Shown one piece after another: positions 51,066 to 63,715 of a stretch of DNA of 64,000 bases. The notes beneath the pieces were generated by a model, which saw only the letters and a program-made list of their open reading frames with translations, had not been told where the DNA came from and ran no database searches. Position 1 is the stretch's first letter. Every line of letters starts with the position of its first letter. A program made the translations under genes and the position numbers. Source of the DNA: Octopus sinensis (Eukaryota); contig NC_042998.1 of NCBI RefSeq assembly GCF_006345805.1, forward strand, positions 60,698,001 to 60,762,000, in the 5' to 3' direction.

Positions 51066-53892
51066 TAAAGACTGGAATTGATTTAATAGAATACATTGTC
51101 CCCTAAAATTGTGTGTGTCTAAATGGAAAAACAGTTGTATACCTTACTGTATATCTTATATACTCATTTATTTTAAATCATGACTGGTGGATACAATAGT
51201 ATTATTGGTTATTTGTTTCCAATATGATAGTTACTGGTTCAAAACATTTCTAAGAGTAAGAGTAGCAAGGAAGTACCTGTAACTTGAGACAGAATAAATA
51301 TCTGTTTTGTTCTTAAAACGTTGGTTTTATGGGTTTTTTTTTTTACTGATATTTTATATTCTTTATACAGTTTGCATCAGCCAAATATCATTCACAAGGT
51401 ATTGGCCAACCCAAAGCTATAGTAGAAGAAACTTGCCTGAAGTGCCTTGCAGTGGGATTAAACCAAGAATTCTAGGACTGTAAATATTTGATGAATTTAG
51501 TTTTTTACTCTTACTTGTTTTAGTTTCGAATCCAATTTGGATCAAGATTATCTGTCTTTTCAAAAGGAAGGTATGAATAATAATAAACTAAAATTGCTTC
51601 AATCAGTTAAGCTTTCTTATGTACAGAAATATTGACCTTTTATCAAGCCAAAAGTAATCAATAAGCAAATGGCATAAAGCAGAGGTCTGCTACAAGGGGA
51701 AAGATCTATAGCCTGAGTTTCAATCTGTCTTCTATTACAGCTTCAAATAAAAGATGCATTGTGAACTTTTTTCTAGTGAAAAATTGAGAATCTTGACTCA
51801 AGACAGTAATAGTTTGAAAGAACTGGACTGTTAATGTGTTGTATGCATGTGACCAAGTATCTTTTATGCAAATGTAAGCTTCTTTGAATTTTGTTCTGAT
51901 TCAGAAAAAACCCATTGATTTTGAAATGTTTGATTAATAGGTTTTATTGATATGTTTTAATATGTCTGTGTGTGTGTGTGTGTGGGGGGTCTGTATGCAC
52001 ACATGTGTATATATGTGTACACGAATACATAATTTTGTATATATATGCGTGTATGAGTGTGTATGTGTGCATCTGCACAGGCGCATGCAAAATGAATATC
52101 CACATACACACTTATTATTTTTAAAAACATTGGTTAAAAGTATTACTTTGGAACATTGTTTAAACAGCAATGCATTTTCATGGTTTCATTTGTATGAGTT
52201 TGAAAACCAGAAATGAAATCAAAAGTGTGAGCTTGAAGTAGCTGTTTTTTGCATGTGTTGTTTATATTTTTAAACAGAAGAACATAAGGATAAGCATTTT
52301 CTTCAAACTTACATTTCTTATTTCAAAAAAAAAAAATAATAAAATCCAAACAATGGATATTTCAGAAGGAAACCAGGCTCAGTTTACTAGCTGAGGATTA
52401 GATATGAGTAACTCTGAATACTGGAAATCAGAGCCTTTCAGTCACAATGTATTAAAGAATGCTCTACATTTGCACTGAGTTCTATTATCTAAACTTTTGG
52501 TGAATCAACAGACATGTTTATATATAGGGAAAAGAATACTTTTATGTAGGGGCCAGCTCTCTTTTTTCAAAAAGAGACTAGCCAATCATTTAAATTCTTT
52601 CAGAGATAGGAAAACAAATAATACAAGCCTCATCATCATCATCGTTTAACGACTGCTTTCCATACTGGCATGGGTTGGACGGTTAAACTGAAGACTGACA
52701 AGCTAGGAGGCTGCACCAGGCTCCAGTCTGATCTGGAAAGGTTCCTACAACTTGATGCCCTTCCTAATGCCAACCACTCCAAGAGTGTAGAGGGTGCTTT
52801 TTACATGCCACCAGCACAGGGGCCAGTCACATGGCACTGGTAATGACCACGCTCAAATGGTGCTTAAGCAAACTAATTTGGTCAATTAGAAGCAAAAACA
52901 ATAGCTATTCTATTGATTGGTAACTAATTAGTACCACTAAGCCTTATCCAGTAAGGGGAAATAGATGGGACCTATGCATAGAACTTTGCCAAAAATTTAC
53001 ATCAAAACTCACATGAATTAACACAAGACACGAACAAGCCTTAAGATGTTTACACAAATACAGTAGGACCTTTAAGCGATATAGGGATAATTCTAGATAA
53101 CCAATGCCTCAGCAACAATTGAGCTTGATATAACAAATAGAATAACATTACCTAAACATAACAATATTTAACAACCATCATTAAAAAAAGAACAATCCCT
53201 ACCATCTGTATAACACAAATCATGAGCAGCCAAAACCAAAAAATGAAAATAAACAAATTTGAACCCTTCAATACAAGCACTACACTTGAAATCAAAGACA
53301 TAATACACGCAATCATTAAAACAAACAAAAGCCTTACAAAAACAATAATCTCGACCATGACCTGTTTTAGACTAAGCCCTCACTTCAGGCAGGAGTGATG
53401 TTGAAGTCAGCAGCACATACCTATACATAACAACACCCCCACTCCCACAGAACACTAAGAAAAATTTACTTCAATCAGTTCACTTCAAGGACAATCAAAT
53501 GGACAGAACCTGATGAAGGGCACCAACATTATTGCAAGGTTGCATTTGAAACAGTGAGTAGTGACTAAGCAGAAACATATGTAGGTCATTATAATATTCT
53601 GTACATAACTATAAAATGAATTTTGAGGATGTACAAGTCTTCATGTTCTTTATCATTATTAATATCAACATATACTACAGATGATTTTTACCATCCAGCA
53701 AAGAATTCCCGGAACAATTCACAAAGTGACTAACAAATTATAGCCACAGACGTTAAATACTGACCGTTGTGGTTAGCCATTAACTGGAACTTAACTGAGA
53801 GCTAATACAGTATCTGTATCATCATTATCATCACTTATATATATATATATACATATATAACAATGATGATGATGAAGATGATATATATATAT

Positions 53893-54274
53893 TACTCTTT
53901 TACTTGTTTCAGTCATTTGACTGCGGCCATGCTGGAGCACCGCCTTTAGTCGAGCAAATCGATCCCGGGACTTATTCTTTGTAAGCCCAGTACTTATTCA
54001 TCGGTCTCTTTTGCCGAACTGCTAAGTGACGGGGACGTAAACACACCAGCATCGGTTGTCAAGCAATGCTAGGGGACAAACACAAACACACACATATATA
54101 TATATATATACGACAGGCTTCTTTCAGTTTCCGTCTACCAAATCCACTCACAAGGCATTGGTCGGCCCGGGTCTATAGCAGAAGACACTTGCCCAAGATG
54201 CCACGCAGTGGGACTGAACCTGGAACCATGTGGTTGGTTAGCAAACTACTTACCACACAGCCACTCCTGCGCCT
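53893..54274 (-). mobile_element. SINE family C, full length, reverse orientation
   Basis: Reverse complement is collinear with 50667-51065. Confidence 0.85.
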
Positions 54275-54437
54275 GTATACATTTTATATGTATATATATA
54301 AAATATAAATTACAGATAAAATCACTATTATGCAACTCATAGTGGTTTTATCTCTAATTTATATTTTATATATTTATACTGTGAAGTTTGATTTAATACT
54401 AAATTGAATTTTTCCCTGTAAGTTTGGAGTTATACTC

Positions 54438-54484
<47 letters not shown>

Positions 54485-55056
54485 CGTACATATGTGTGTG
54501 TATGTAAGTGTGTATGTGTTTGTCTCTCATCACTAATAGATCTTAGTTTATTTGTATCTGTGCAACTTAGCAGTTCAGCAAAAAAAGACTGATGGTGTAA
54601 GTACCAAACTTAAAATAAATACTGAGGTCAATTCAATTGATTATATCCTTCTAAATGGTGCCCCAGCAGGGCTGAGATGATTATTCAAAGCAGGACACGT
54701 CAAATTCCATATATTATATAATATATACACTAACACTGCATGTAGTAAAGTACCTCTCACCTTAATTTGATTTATGTTTATGATGAAAAATTATTTCATG
54801 TATTAGATTACGAATGATTTAATTGATAAGATTTTTCAATGTAAAATTATATTAAGCAATATAAGAACCAATTTGTAAAAACAAAACAAAATAAATAACC
54901 CCACAGATAGGATACAAACAACATACCTACTGTATGCCATGTCTATGTTATATTGCAAACAGTCTGCAAGTCCTACCCCCTTCTCTCTCTCTCAATAAAC
55001 TAATACCCTATCCTGGGAGTGATTCATTGTTTATTCACTTACCTTTGCTGTTTATG

Positions 55057-55106
<50 letters not shown>

Positions 55107-55576
55107 TTTACAGTGGTAGAGATATTGATTAGTTGAAAATAATATCCTAATAAAGCATTGAAAGCATTAATCAAATTTAATGATTGTAAAATGGCCTTAA
55201 TGTGTTAACACTCATAACAGAAGATTTAAGCAGCATGTTAATAGATACATTAGTAAAAACTTAATATCCCAATTAAATACAAATAACTAATTATATTTAT
55301 ATTTATCTTTTTCTTTTACGAGTTAGTCAAGGGAGAAGGGACAGTGCCTATGAACATTTTCTGGGCCTCTCTGAGATAGCAGGGCAAAAAGCAATAAGTT
55401 ATCCTCAAACCAGGGGCCTGGCCTGAATGCTTACAACAGTGGTTTAGTTAAAGCAAATAAAAAATATAAAATCAAATTACATGAAAATTAATTTCACAAG
55501 AAATGTTATTTCTACTTATAGAAAGTTAATCTTTAAAAGTTTTTATTATCATACCATTATTTTTTAAAAACCTTAC

Positions 55577-55633
55577 CCTGATTTTTGTCATTCTCCTTCG
55601 CAACATATCTGCATTTCCTGTAATCTGAGTGCT
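55577..55633 (-). CDS. DNAI1: DNAI1-like exon 2 (predicted): STQITGNADMLRRRMTKIR, phase 0-0
   Basis: tttag| acceptor, |GTAAGG donor, open frame of 57 nt. The basic S...R content resembles the vertebrate DNAI1 N-terminus as I recall it; homology is weak. Confidence 0.55.
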
Positions 55634-57719
55634 CTAAATTGATAATATTGAAGCAATGACAGATGATATTGATATCTATGTTTGATACAACATAGAATAA
55701 ATTTAATTTCATTTTATATACATTCTACCTTTTTCCATTGTATGATCGACAAAGTCAAAGTAATAATAAGTATCTGTAATATGTCTTACAGATGTGGTAT
55801 AAGTTGGACATTCACTCTTTGTAATAACCCATGCATTTCCTCACGTCTCACTAATTACACAACCGTTTTTAACTCTTTGAAGAAGAAGCTTATTGATTTT
55901 TGTGCACTGAAGATAAAACCGTTTTCACATGATACAAAAAAATCAAAAGTGTCTAGTCAATTCTTGGTATTCAAATACTGATTTTTGGATTTCAATAAAA
56001 AAAGAAGGCATTTTACAAAAGTAAACAATAAAGAATGGAGAAAGAATAAATAAGAAAAGGAAAGGAAATTGTCATCATTGTCATTGTTTTTCCATACATA
56101 CATTAATCTTATGGAATTCATTGAAGCCCTTTCTGTCATCAACTTGCACCTATTTTCAGCTAGGTAATATGTCTCCATGGTTGGACATATTTTCATGGAA
56201 GTTTGTATGATGGCAATGTTCATTTATAACTATAATATGATATCAAAATAAGGAGACACAATCTCACACACATACACATTCACACACATATTATATGCAA
56301 TGGGTTTCTTTCAATTTCTATCTACCAAATCCACTCAAGGCTTTGATTGGTCTAGGGCTAATGCAGAAGACACTTGGCCTTATCACACAGCCATACCCAA
56401 ATCTTATAGTATATAAATGATCAAAATAAAGCATACATTTGCCATCTAATTATACATCACACCAGGGGAAACAAGTTTTACTCTGTAAAAACTGTGTTAC
56501 TATTTAAAAGTCAGTAAAAGGATATCTGAAATTCAATAGACAAAGAAAATTATATTCTTGAATATCGGCCCTTTCTTCTTTCTAGTACAACAATAGTTTG
56601 AGGTTCAACATCCAAGTTATTTTATAAAGGTTATAATGGAAATAATTCAACATCAGTTATACAACTTGAACAATTTTCCATTTGTAAGAAATGTGAAACA
56701 AAATGATGAGAAGTTAAGATAACTAAATTTCTGAATAAACATAAAGCCCAGGAACACAAATCTACGGCTATTGAGTTATACCTCAACACAAGACAATATT
56801 CAGATAACTTCGGTCTATTTCGTTGACAATAATTTTCACTCTTACTTCACAGCTTAGTGGTTATTTATAGAAATAATGTCCATTTCTTGAAGTAGTTGTT
56901 AAATCATGTTGCATAGTATAGAAAAATCAATAATATATTAAATTAGGAAACCAATGGATTATTTTATATAATGTAATTAGTTAACAACAATATGATTAAA
57001 TATTAACTCATTTTATCCGTTAGTTTTATCTCTCTTAACAGCCCAATCCTTACCCATGCAAAGTTTATAATCTGTATGTTTCCTCTTTTTTGATTAATCT
57101 GAAAAATTTGTATTCAACAGTAATTGAAACAATCTCTGATACTAGGTTTGTGTGGACATATTTAGTATCAGGAACATGAAAACGTTAACTAGAAATAATT
57201 ATACAGTATGAAAAAGAAATCTAGGACTAACAATATTTCAAATATTTCGATAATTAGGGGAGACAACTTCGAACATGTTTTAGGCTTATTTTTTATTTAT
57301 CAGCCATGCAGACTTCACAATACTTGCTGTAGTAGCAAGGAAAGAACCACTAAGGAAATGCATAAGTACACTGGTTGATGTAGATAAATCGAATTGTTTT
57401 GAGAATAAGTAACACACTCATATGCACGCGCACGCAAAGAAGTTAGTGTTAATATGTTTAATCTAGTGAGCAGTTAACTATTTCCACCAGTTTAGAATTA
57501 CCTTAATTGTCTCAAATAAAGATAATTAATCTGAATATTAAAGGGAATATTCATATGTAAGAATAAAACTAAAACATATATATTATTTAATTTTTACGTA
57601 TAATTGCATTTTCTGCCATCAGGCGTATCAATTACTAAACGATTTGAATAGTTTTGTGTTACGCTAAGGTAGCCAATTCACATTGATTAAAAATAAAAAC
57701 GTTAAAAAGTTCTACGTAC

Positions 57720-57749
57720 CGCTTTCTTATTTAAAGATTTGGATGGCAT
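57720..57749 (-). CDS. DNAI1: DNAI1-like exon 1 (predicted start): MPSKSLNKKA, phase 0
   Basis: Minus strand reads ttttaaa-ATG CCA TCC AAA TCT TTA AAT AAG AAA GCG|GTACGT. An X-box lies 74 bp upstream with no intervening ATG. The N-terminus is poorly conserved, so the call rests on signals and phase. Confidence 0.65.
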
Positions 57750-57822
57750 TTTAAAAGAGTAAATTGAGAAATTAACTCAAACAATTTGGTGCTTGATATC
57801 TAGAAATGTAAGGTGTGCGTTA

Positions 57823-57837
57823 GTTGCTATGGGTTAC
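57823..57837 (-). promoter_or_regulatory. RFX-binding X-box in the DNAI1 promoter
   Basis: Minus strand GTAACC-CAT-AGCAAC matches the consensus GTNRCC-N(0-3)-RGYAAC exactly, 74 bp upstream of the predicted ATG of a motile-cilia gene. Confidence 0.75.
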
Positions 57838-58092
57838 ATAAATATAATCACGGTTGACACGAGGTGAAAGCCAAGATTATTTACGAAGGTAAGGAACAGA
57901 AAACACGTTTTCGTTGTGAATCCGGAGTAAAATTACAAATAAATATAATTAAAAATTTTGTTTTTAATCGAAATATCTATCCGGGAAATAGCTATACAAT
58001 TTAAAGAACTCCAAGTTAGAATCGTTACCTGAAAAAAATTTATAAAATAATCTGTTAATGATTCGTTAATAAAATCGCTCGGAAAAAGTTTT

Positions 58093-59995
58093 GGTTAATA
58101 TAGGGCGTAACAAATATCAGAAAATCAAAAAAAAAATGTGTGTAATAGGTGTAAAACAACTTCCTATGAACGAATATGAAAAAAAAAATTCGCGCACGCG
58201 AAAGGGGGGTGGGGGAGAGGCCTCGGAAAATTCACATCGGGAAGTTCCGAAAGCGTCTGAGGGCTGAGCCGGGCACCAAAACAAAAAAAATAGTGTATAT
58301 GTGTAAAACAACTTGCTCTAAACGAATATGAAAAAAAATGCGCTCTCGAGAAAGAGGGGTGGGGGAGAGGCCTCGGAATATTTATATCGGGAATTTCCGA
58401 AAGCGTCTGAACCGGGCACAAAAACAAAAACAAAAACAGCGTAATAGGTGTAAAACACTTGCTCTAAACGACTATCATGAAAAAAATGCGCGCTCGCGAA
58501 AGGGGGGTGGGGGAGGCTTCGGAAATTTCACATCTTCAGTCCACGGCCTTTAAACTAAGAAAAAATAGTGTAATTGGTGTAAAACTACTTGTTCTAAACG
58601 AGTATCAAGAACACACACTCACACATGAATCATAAACTCCGTATTTCGCAAAAAAAATAATAAAGGAAGAAATTCTGGAAAAAGTGAAGAAATGTTGGAT
58701 CTCCGCCATGTGAATCAAAATACGTGTCAGAAACATCTTGAAATACTACAGAAATTATGTTACGAAAATGATAATGTATACATACCTCTTTGAGTGGTCC
58801 ATCGATAATGATGATAAAGAAATGAGTTGGATTTGAACTCAGAATATTGACTAACACAACTACATACTACAAGACTCAAAATATTCAGCCAAGTCACCAC
58901 CCTTTAACTAGCAATAATAATAACATTAATAACATAACAGCCAAAAGATTTATTTGTTCTGAAAATAACAATCATAGTAAATAAATATGTTCTTTAATAT
59001 TCACATTCATGTGCACAGTTAACACACTTACATACAAACAGTCACGCATGCATAATACAGAACGGAACACATAAATGAAGGATGCTTACTTACTTAATTA
59101 TTTACATCTAGAGAATTTTGATTAATAAGTCAAATATGCAAATTATAAAGATAATTAATTGCTTTACTAAACAGTGTTGTAAAGGTGAAAAAATAAATTT
59201 GGGAAAAAAATACACGCCAAAACTAATTAATAAAGGATAATTAGGGAAGGATTGACACAAAATAATAATTTTTTCTGATAAATGCATCTTAATAAGTGAG
59301 AAGAATTGCATATATCTGAACTATTTCAAAGAAAAGCATAAATTTAATGTTTAAAATAGCTTTAACCAAGGAATGAGATCCAACATTTCTTCACTTTTTC
59401 CAGAATTTCTTCTCTTTATCTTTTTTTTTTGCGAAATACGGAGTTTATGATTCATGTGTGAGTGTGTGTTCTTGATACTCGTTTAGAACAAGTAATTTTA
59501 CACCAATTACACTATTTTTTCTTAGTTTAAAGGCCGTGGACTGAAGATGTGAAATTTCCGAAGCCTCTCCCCCACCCCCCTTTCGCGAGCGCGCATTTTT
59601 TTCATGATAGTCGTTTAGAGCAAGTTGTTTTACACCTATTACGCTGTTTTTGTTTTTGTTTTTGTGCCCGGTTCAGACGCTTTCGGAAATTCCCGATATA
59701 AATATTCCGAGGCCTCTCCCCCCCCCTCTTTCTCGAGAGCGCATTTTTTTTGTCATATTCGTTTAGAGCAAGTTGTTTTACACATATTACACTATTTTTT
59801 TTTTGTTTTGGTGCCCGGGTCAGCTCCTCAGACGCTTTCGGAACTTCCCGATGTGAATTTTCCGAGGCCTCTCCCCCACCCCCCTTTCGCGTGCGCGAAT
59901 TTTTTTTTTCATATTCGTTCATAGGAAGTTGTTTTACACCTATTACACACATTTTTTTTTTGATTTTCTGATATTTGTTACGCCCTATATTAACC
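58093..59995. mobile_element. Foldback-type element or long inverted repeat: ~615-bp arms built of ~145-bp GC-rich subrepeats, 671-bp spacer
   Basis: 58093-58703 is the reverse complement of 59375-59995 with few differences by eye. Each arm has about 3 subrepeats plus a partial one. No clear TSD and no transposase ORF. Confidence 0.8.
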
Positions 59996-60059
59996 CAAGT
60001 TTTATGATGAAAAGAAATTAAAAGAAAAGAGAAAGAAGTCGATTTAATATAAATATATA

Positions 60060-60200
60060 TATAGTGACAATAATTATCGATCGATCTAAACACAGAATCG
60101 AACTTGCGAACAGGAGACGTGTATTTACCAAGCGGTAAATAATATTCGTCTACTGTTGTCACGTGATTACAATTCTACTTCCGGTAGTTGCATTCGTGGG
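60060..60200 (+). promoter_or_regulatory. CpG-enriched candidate promoter of a divergent gene
   Basis: Local CpG enrichment in an AT-rich background, E-box TCACGTGA (60159-60166), ETS motif ACTTCCGGT (60177-60185). Confidence 0.5.
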
Positions 60201-60430
60201 ATTCCTGATATAAATATTGTTTACTGCTGCTCGTTTAATTTCCTTTTGCCTAAAATGTTCTGGCAATACTTCTCTGATCGTTATTGCTGTTATAGTCCGA
60301 CATAATAGCAAAGACAGTTCAATTACTGGAATCTTATTTACTCTTTCTTTGCTCTCCATCACTATTTTAATTTTCCACTCCCCGTTTGTTTTATGTTAGC
60401 TACGATCTGGATTTACAATTCACATTGCCG

Positions 60431-60509
60431 ATGGATGGTATGGAAGACAGTGGCTTTGATAGTGATCCTAAGCCGGTTACACAAACAGAACAGCTGAAAA
60501 AAATAGTAG
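60431..60509 (+). CDS. Candidate first coding exon of an unidentified plus-strand gene: MDGMEDSGFDSDPKPVTQTEQLKKI(V)
   Basis: gccgATG context, protein-like composition, two possible donors (ATA|GTAGGT after 60505 or G|GTACTT after 60509), downstream of the candidate promoter. No second exon found in the window. Confidence 0.5.
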
Positions 60510-61090
60510 GTACTTTTATTGATTATAAACGAAGATTTTCTGTATGCATAGGCAATAAGTCCATTTGTTTCTTTGCATGTGATGTCCACATTGACCATGT
60601 TAGTAGTTCGTGTGTTTGGGGAACTTCGTAAGCTATGGGGGAAACTTGTATCTAACATTATAGGGCCTTCTCTTCGTCTGAAATTAGAAAATAATTTTAC
60701 ACTCTCTGACCCAGGGACAAACCCCTAAGAGACAGATTCTTCCCTTTTCCCAACTGCCTACAAATTTATCCGAAATCGTGAACTTCATTTACAAAATTCT
60801 TGCCAACGCAGATCGTCACCAGTTTTCTCGGACTCTTTTTTTCCTCTTTTTTTCTCTCCATGTTTTTAAATGTTGATTGAAAGAGTTTGTAGTGGTGTAG
60901 ACCGAATAGTGTTTATCGTAGTTCTACATTGCTCTGTACCTTATGGGAACAACCCGATTAGTAAAATACGGACTACCTTTTATGTAGGGCTAAATGGAGA
61001 GGTGAGACAGATGGCCTGGTATAGTGTACCTCGAGGACTCCTTGTATTATAGGGTTCATCTACTATGTATATAAATATATATAGCCTTTC

Positions 61091-61137
<47 letters not shown>

Positions 61138-62275
61138 CTTCCGTGTATATATATATATTTATATATATATAGTATGTGTGTTTATGTTGCATATTTATTA
61201 CATAACTAAATAAAGTTTCTTATCAGCTTATTAACAATTTACTGCCTACTAATAACTTATTTTTATTGAATAGCTCTGTAGCTATAATGATCAACTTTTT
61301 CTAGATTAGAATTATGGCCCTGAAGTGAGCAGTTGAACCTGTAGTATGAACGATCAACAGGTTCAACACACGTTGAACAAAATGAATGGCGTTTCGTTTC
61401 CAGTCAAAATTTATCGTTTCGTCATTCTCGCAGCAATGACCATCCCAGTTTTATCCATCCTATATATACCGATGTAAGATGCAGTGTTTTAAAACACGAA
61501 CTTTATTTTCAAAACGATGTGGAAGCTTTTGAAGAGAGATTTTTTACAAACTATTTTCAACAGGGCGAGCGATTAAGTAGGAGCTTCTTCGTTCACTTAA
61601 CTCTTACAAGTGAAGTAAAGGACGAGGAACATTAACGAACATATTGTGTGAAGTTGCCACATCTGTTTATTGATTATACTTAAATAAGCACAATGTCCCA
61701 GGTTTATGCGATATATTCATCTTCCTCACGGCAAACCTTATCCCACTTTTGAACTGTTTGTTATACATTATTTCTCAGCGTAGACTGTCAATAGTTTTTT
61801 TTTGTTTTTGTATCCTAACCATTTATAATAATAATATTCAGTGGCGAACTTTCGGAATAGTTACCCCACATGAATAATAACTTCTCCTTTTTTATTGAGA
61901 TTTTCTCAAGTTTTTGTAAGCTATGTACGTTTCGATCAATGTTGGCGGTGGTGAGGTATTCAAAAAAATTAAAACCCATGTTTTTTAAACGTCTGCTTCA
62001 CCGCCATCATAACAGCTGCCAGAAATATATTTTTACGTTTACTTCATGTTTTTGTATTCCACATTTTAAAGAAACTCATGTAAATCGCATTTTTAGAGAA
62101 AAAAAAAAATCACCCCACTTTCTTTCATCGTACTTTTCAACATTAAATTTTCTTCCTCCGTCATTAGCATTTCTGATAGACTTGTAATTTGAATTAAAAA
62201 AGCAAAAGATTTAATCCATGATGTTCAACTTTCTTATCCACTCACTTTCATCTCCCTTCATTTGTTACCATTTCA

Positions 62276-62687
62276 GGATCTTTTCGGTTTGAACGGCAGT
62301 TTTTTTCTAGCGGTGTCATATGAAATTGTCACCCATAATTATGACCCTAGTATCGATCTATAGCATTTCAATCTGTTTTTGGGTTAGGGGTGGGGGGAAG
62401 GGTATCTTTTTTTCTTCAGAAATGTAAATAAACCCAATCTGTTTCTTAAACGAGGGACATATTTATACGGCACAGAATGTTTTCACCTCAATAGACGTCA
62501 TTGATTGGTTGAAATTGCAGAAATTGAAAAAAAAGCAAAAAAAAAAAAAAAAACATATCTTACAAACTATAGAATTTTCTCAATAAAGCCAAGAGAAAAA
62601 GATGTTTTATAAACACATTCTACCAGTATACGAAGTTTAAAAGTGGAAATTATTTAAAAAAAACTGCCGTTTAAATTGAAAAGATCC
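62276..62687. mobile_element. 412-bp MITE with GG-starting TIRs and perfect 8-bp TSD (Merlin- or hAT-type)
   Basis: CCATTTCA|GGATCTTTTC..AACGGCAGTTTT ... AAAACTGCCGTT..GAAAAGATCC|CCATTTCA. Confidence 0.85.
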
Positions 62688-63197
62688 CCATTTCATTCTT
62701 GAAAAAAAGAAAATTCTTCAGAATACCATTTTTTAACATCTCTTCCTTTTTTCTCTTTCACAGTTTTGCCATCATGTTTATTTATTTTTTTACTCTCAAA
62801 CCACATTTTTGTTTCACTCTTTATCATAGGTTATTTAGCTCTATCCTGCAACAACTCTTTTATATATAAAATATAAATTAAATGAATGCAAAACAAAAAT
62901 TTAAGGTTTAACTCCCTTCAGTGTTTGTGTTGATGGCAAACTTAAGCAACTTTTTCCCATTAAAATGTTTCAACTTACGGACAAGAAAATAATAACCTAC
63001 CTCTACCCTGGAAAGAAACATTCATTTAGAAAACTAACAAAAAGAAATAGAAATCAATTTAATTCCCATTACATTCAATTTTACATAGCATTTTTTCATT
63101 TCCCACACAACAAAATTTTGGATCAGGTTTTCTTCACCTCCACAAGATATCAGTGGTCAGCTGCTGTTCTTCTGGTTATCATGTATGTGTGTGTATG

Positions 63198-63238
<41 letters not shown>

Positions 63239-63241
<3 letters not shown>

Positions 63242-63537
63242 CGTGACTGACCAGGCTATCAAATGTTGCTACACATCGCTGGTCACAATGCACTTCGCAT
63301 TGTTTTAGCTTTCAAATGACACCAACCCGCTGGCTAAGCGAGCAGGCCAACAGAAAGAGTGAGAGAAAGTTGTAGAGAAAGAGTACAGCAGGGATTGCCA
63401 CCACCCTCTGCCGGAGCCTCGTGGAGCTTTAGGTGTTTTCGCTCAATAAACACTCACAACGCCCGGTCTGGGAATCGAAACCGCGATCCTACGACCGTAA
63501 GTCCGCTGCCCTAACCACTGGGCCATTGCTCCTCCAC
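63239..63537 (-). mobile_element. tRNA-derived SINE (family A)
   Basis: Reverse complement closely matches 46421-46710. Confidence 0.8.
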
Positions 63538-63715
63538 ATATATATATGTATATAAGCAATAATAAATCTCTGAGCAATGTATAAACAGTAGCTGCACGAC
63601 ATCATGAAGTATATTTGCAACCTAAATGTGGCTAATCCTTAAGGGTTGATGCTACTATAGCTTGCAGCCCCAGAAAGACATCTGCCCCAGCTGGCTATTT
63701 ACACACTATCTGTGC

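Noticed and set aside
55680-56950. Long, partly open frames in intron 1
   Set aside because: Interrupted by stops in all frames and I recognise no family; it would need a TBLASTX search.
58138-58610. Regularly spaced repeats superficially like a CRISPR array
   Set aside because: Units are ~145-bp tandem subrepeats without unique spacers, in eukaryotic DNA with no cas genes.
58117-60162. ORFs within the foldback arms (e.g. 59602..60162, 186 aa)
   Set aside because: They arise from GC-rich subrepeats, frames differ between the two near-identical arms, and no domain is recognisable.
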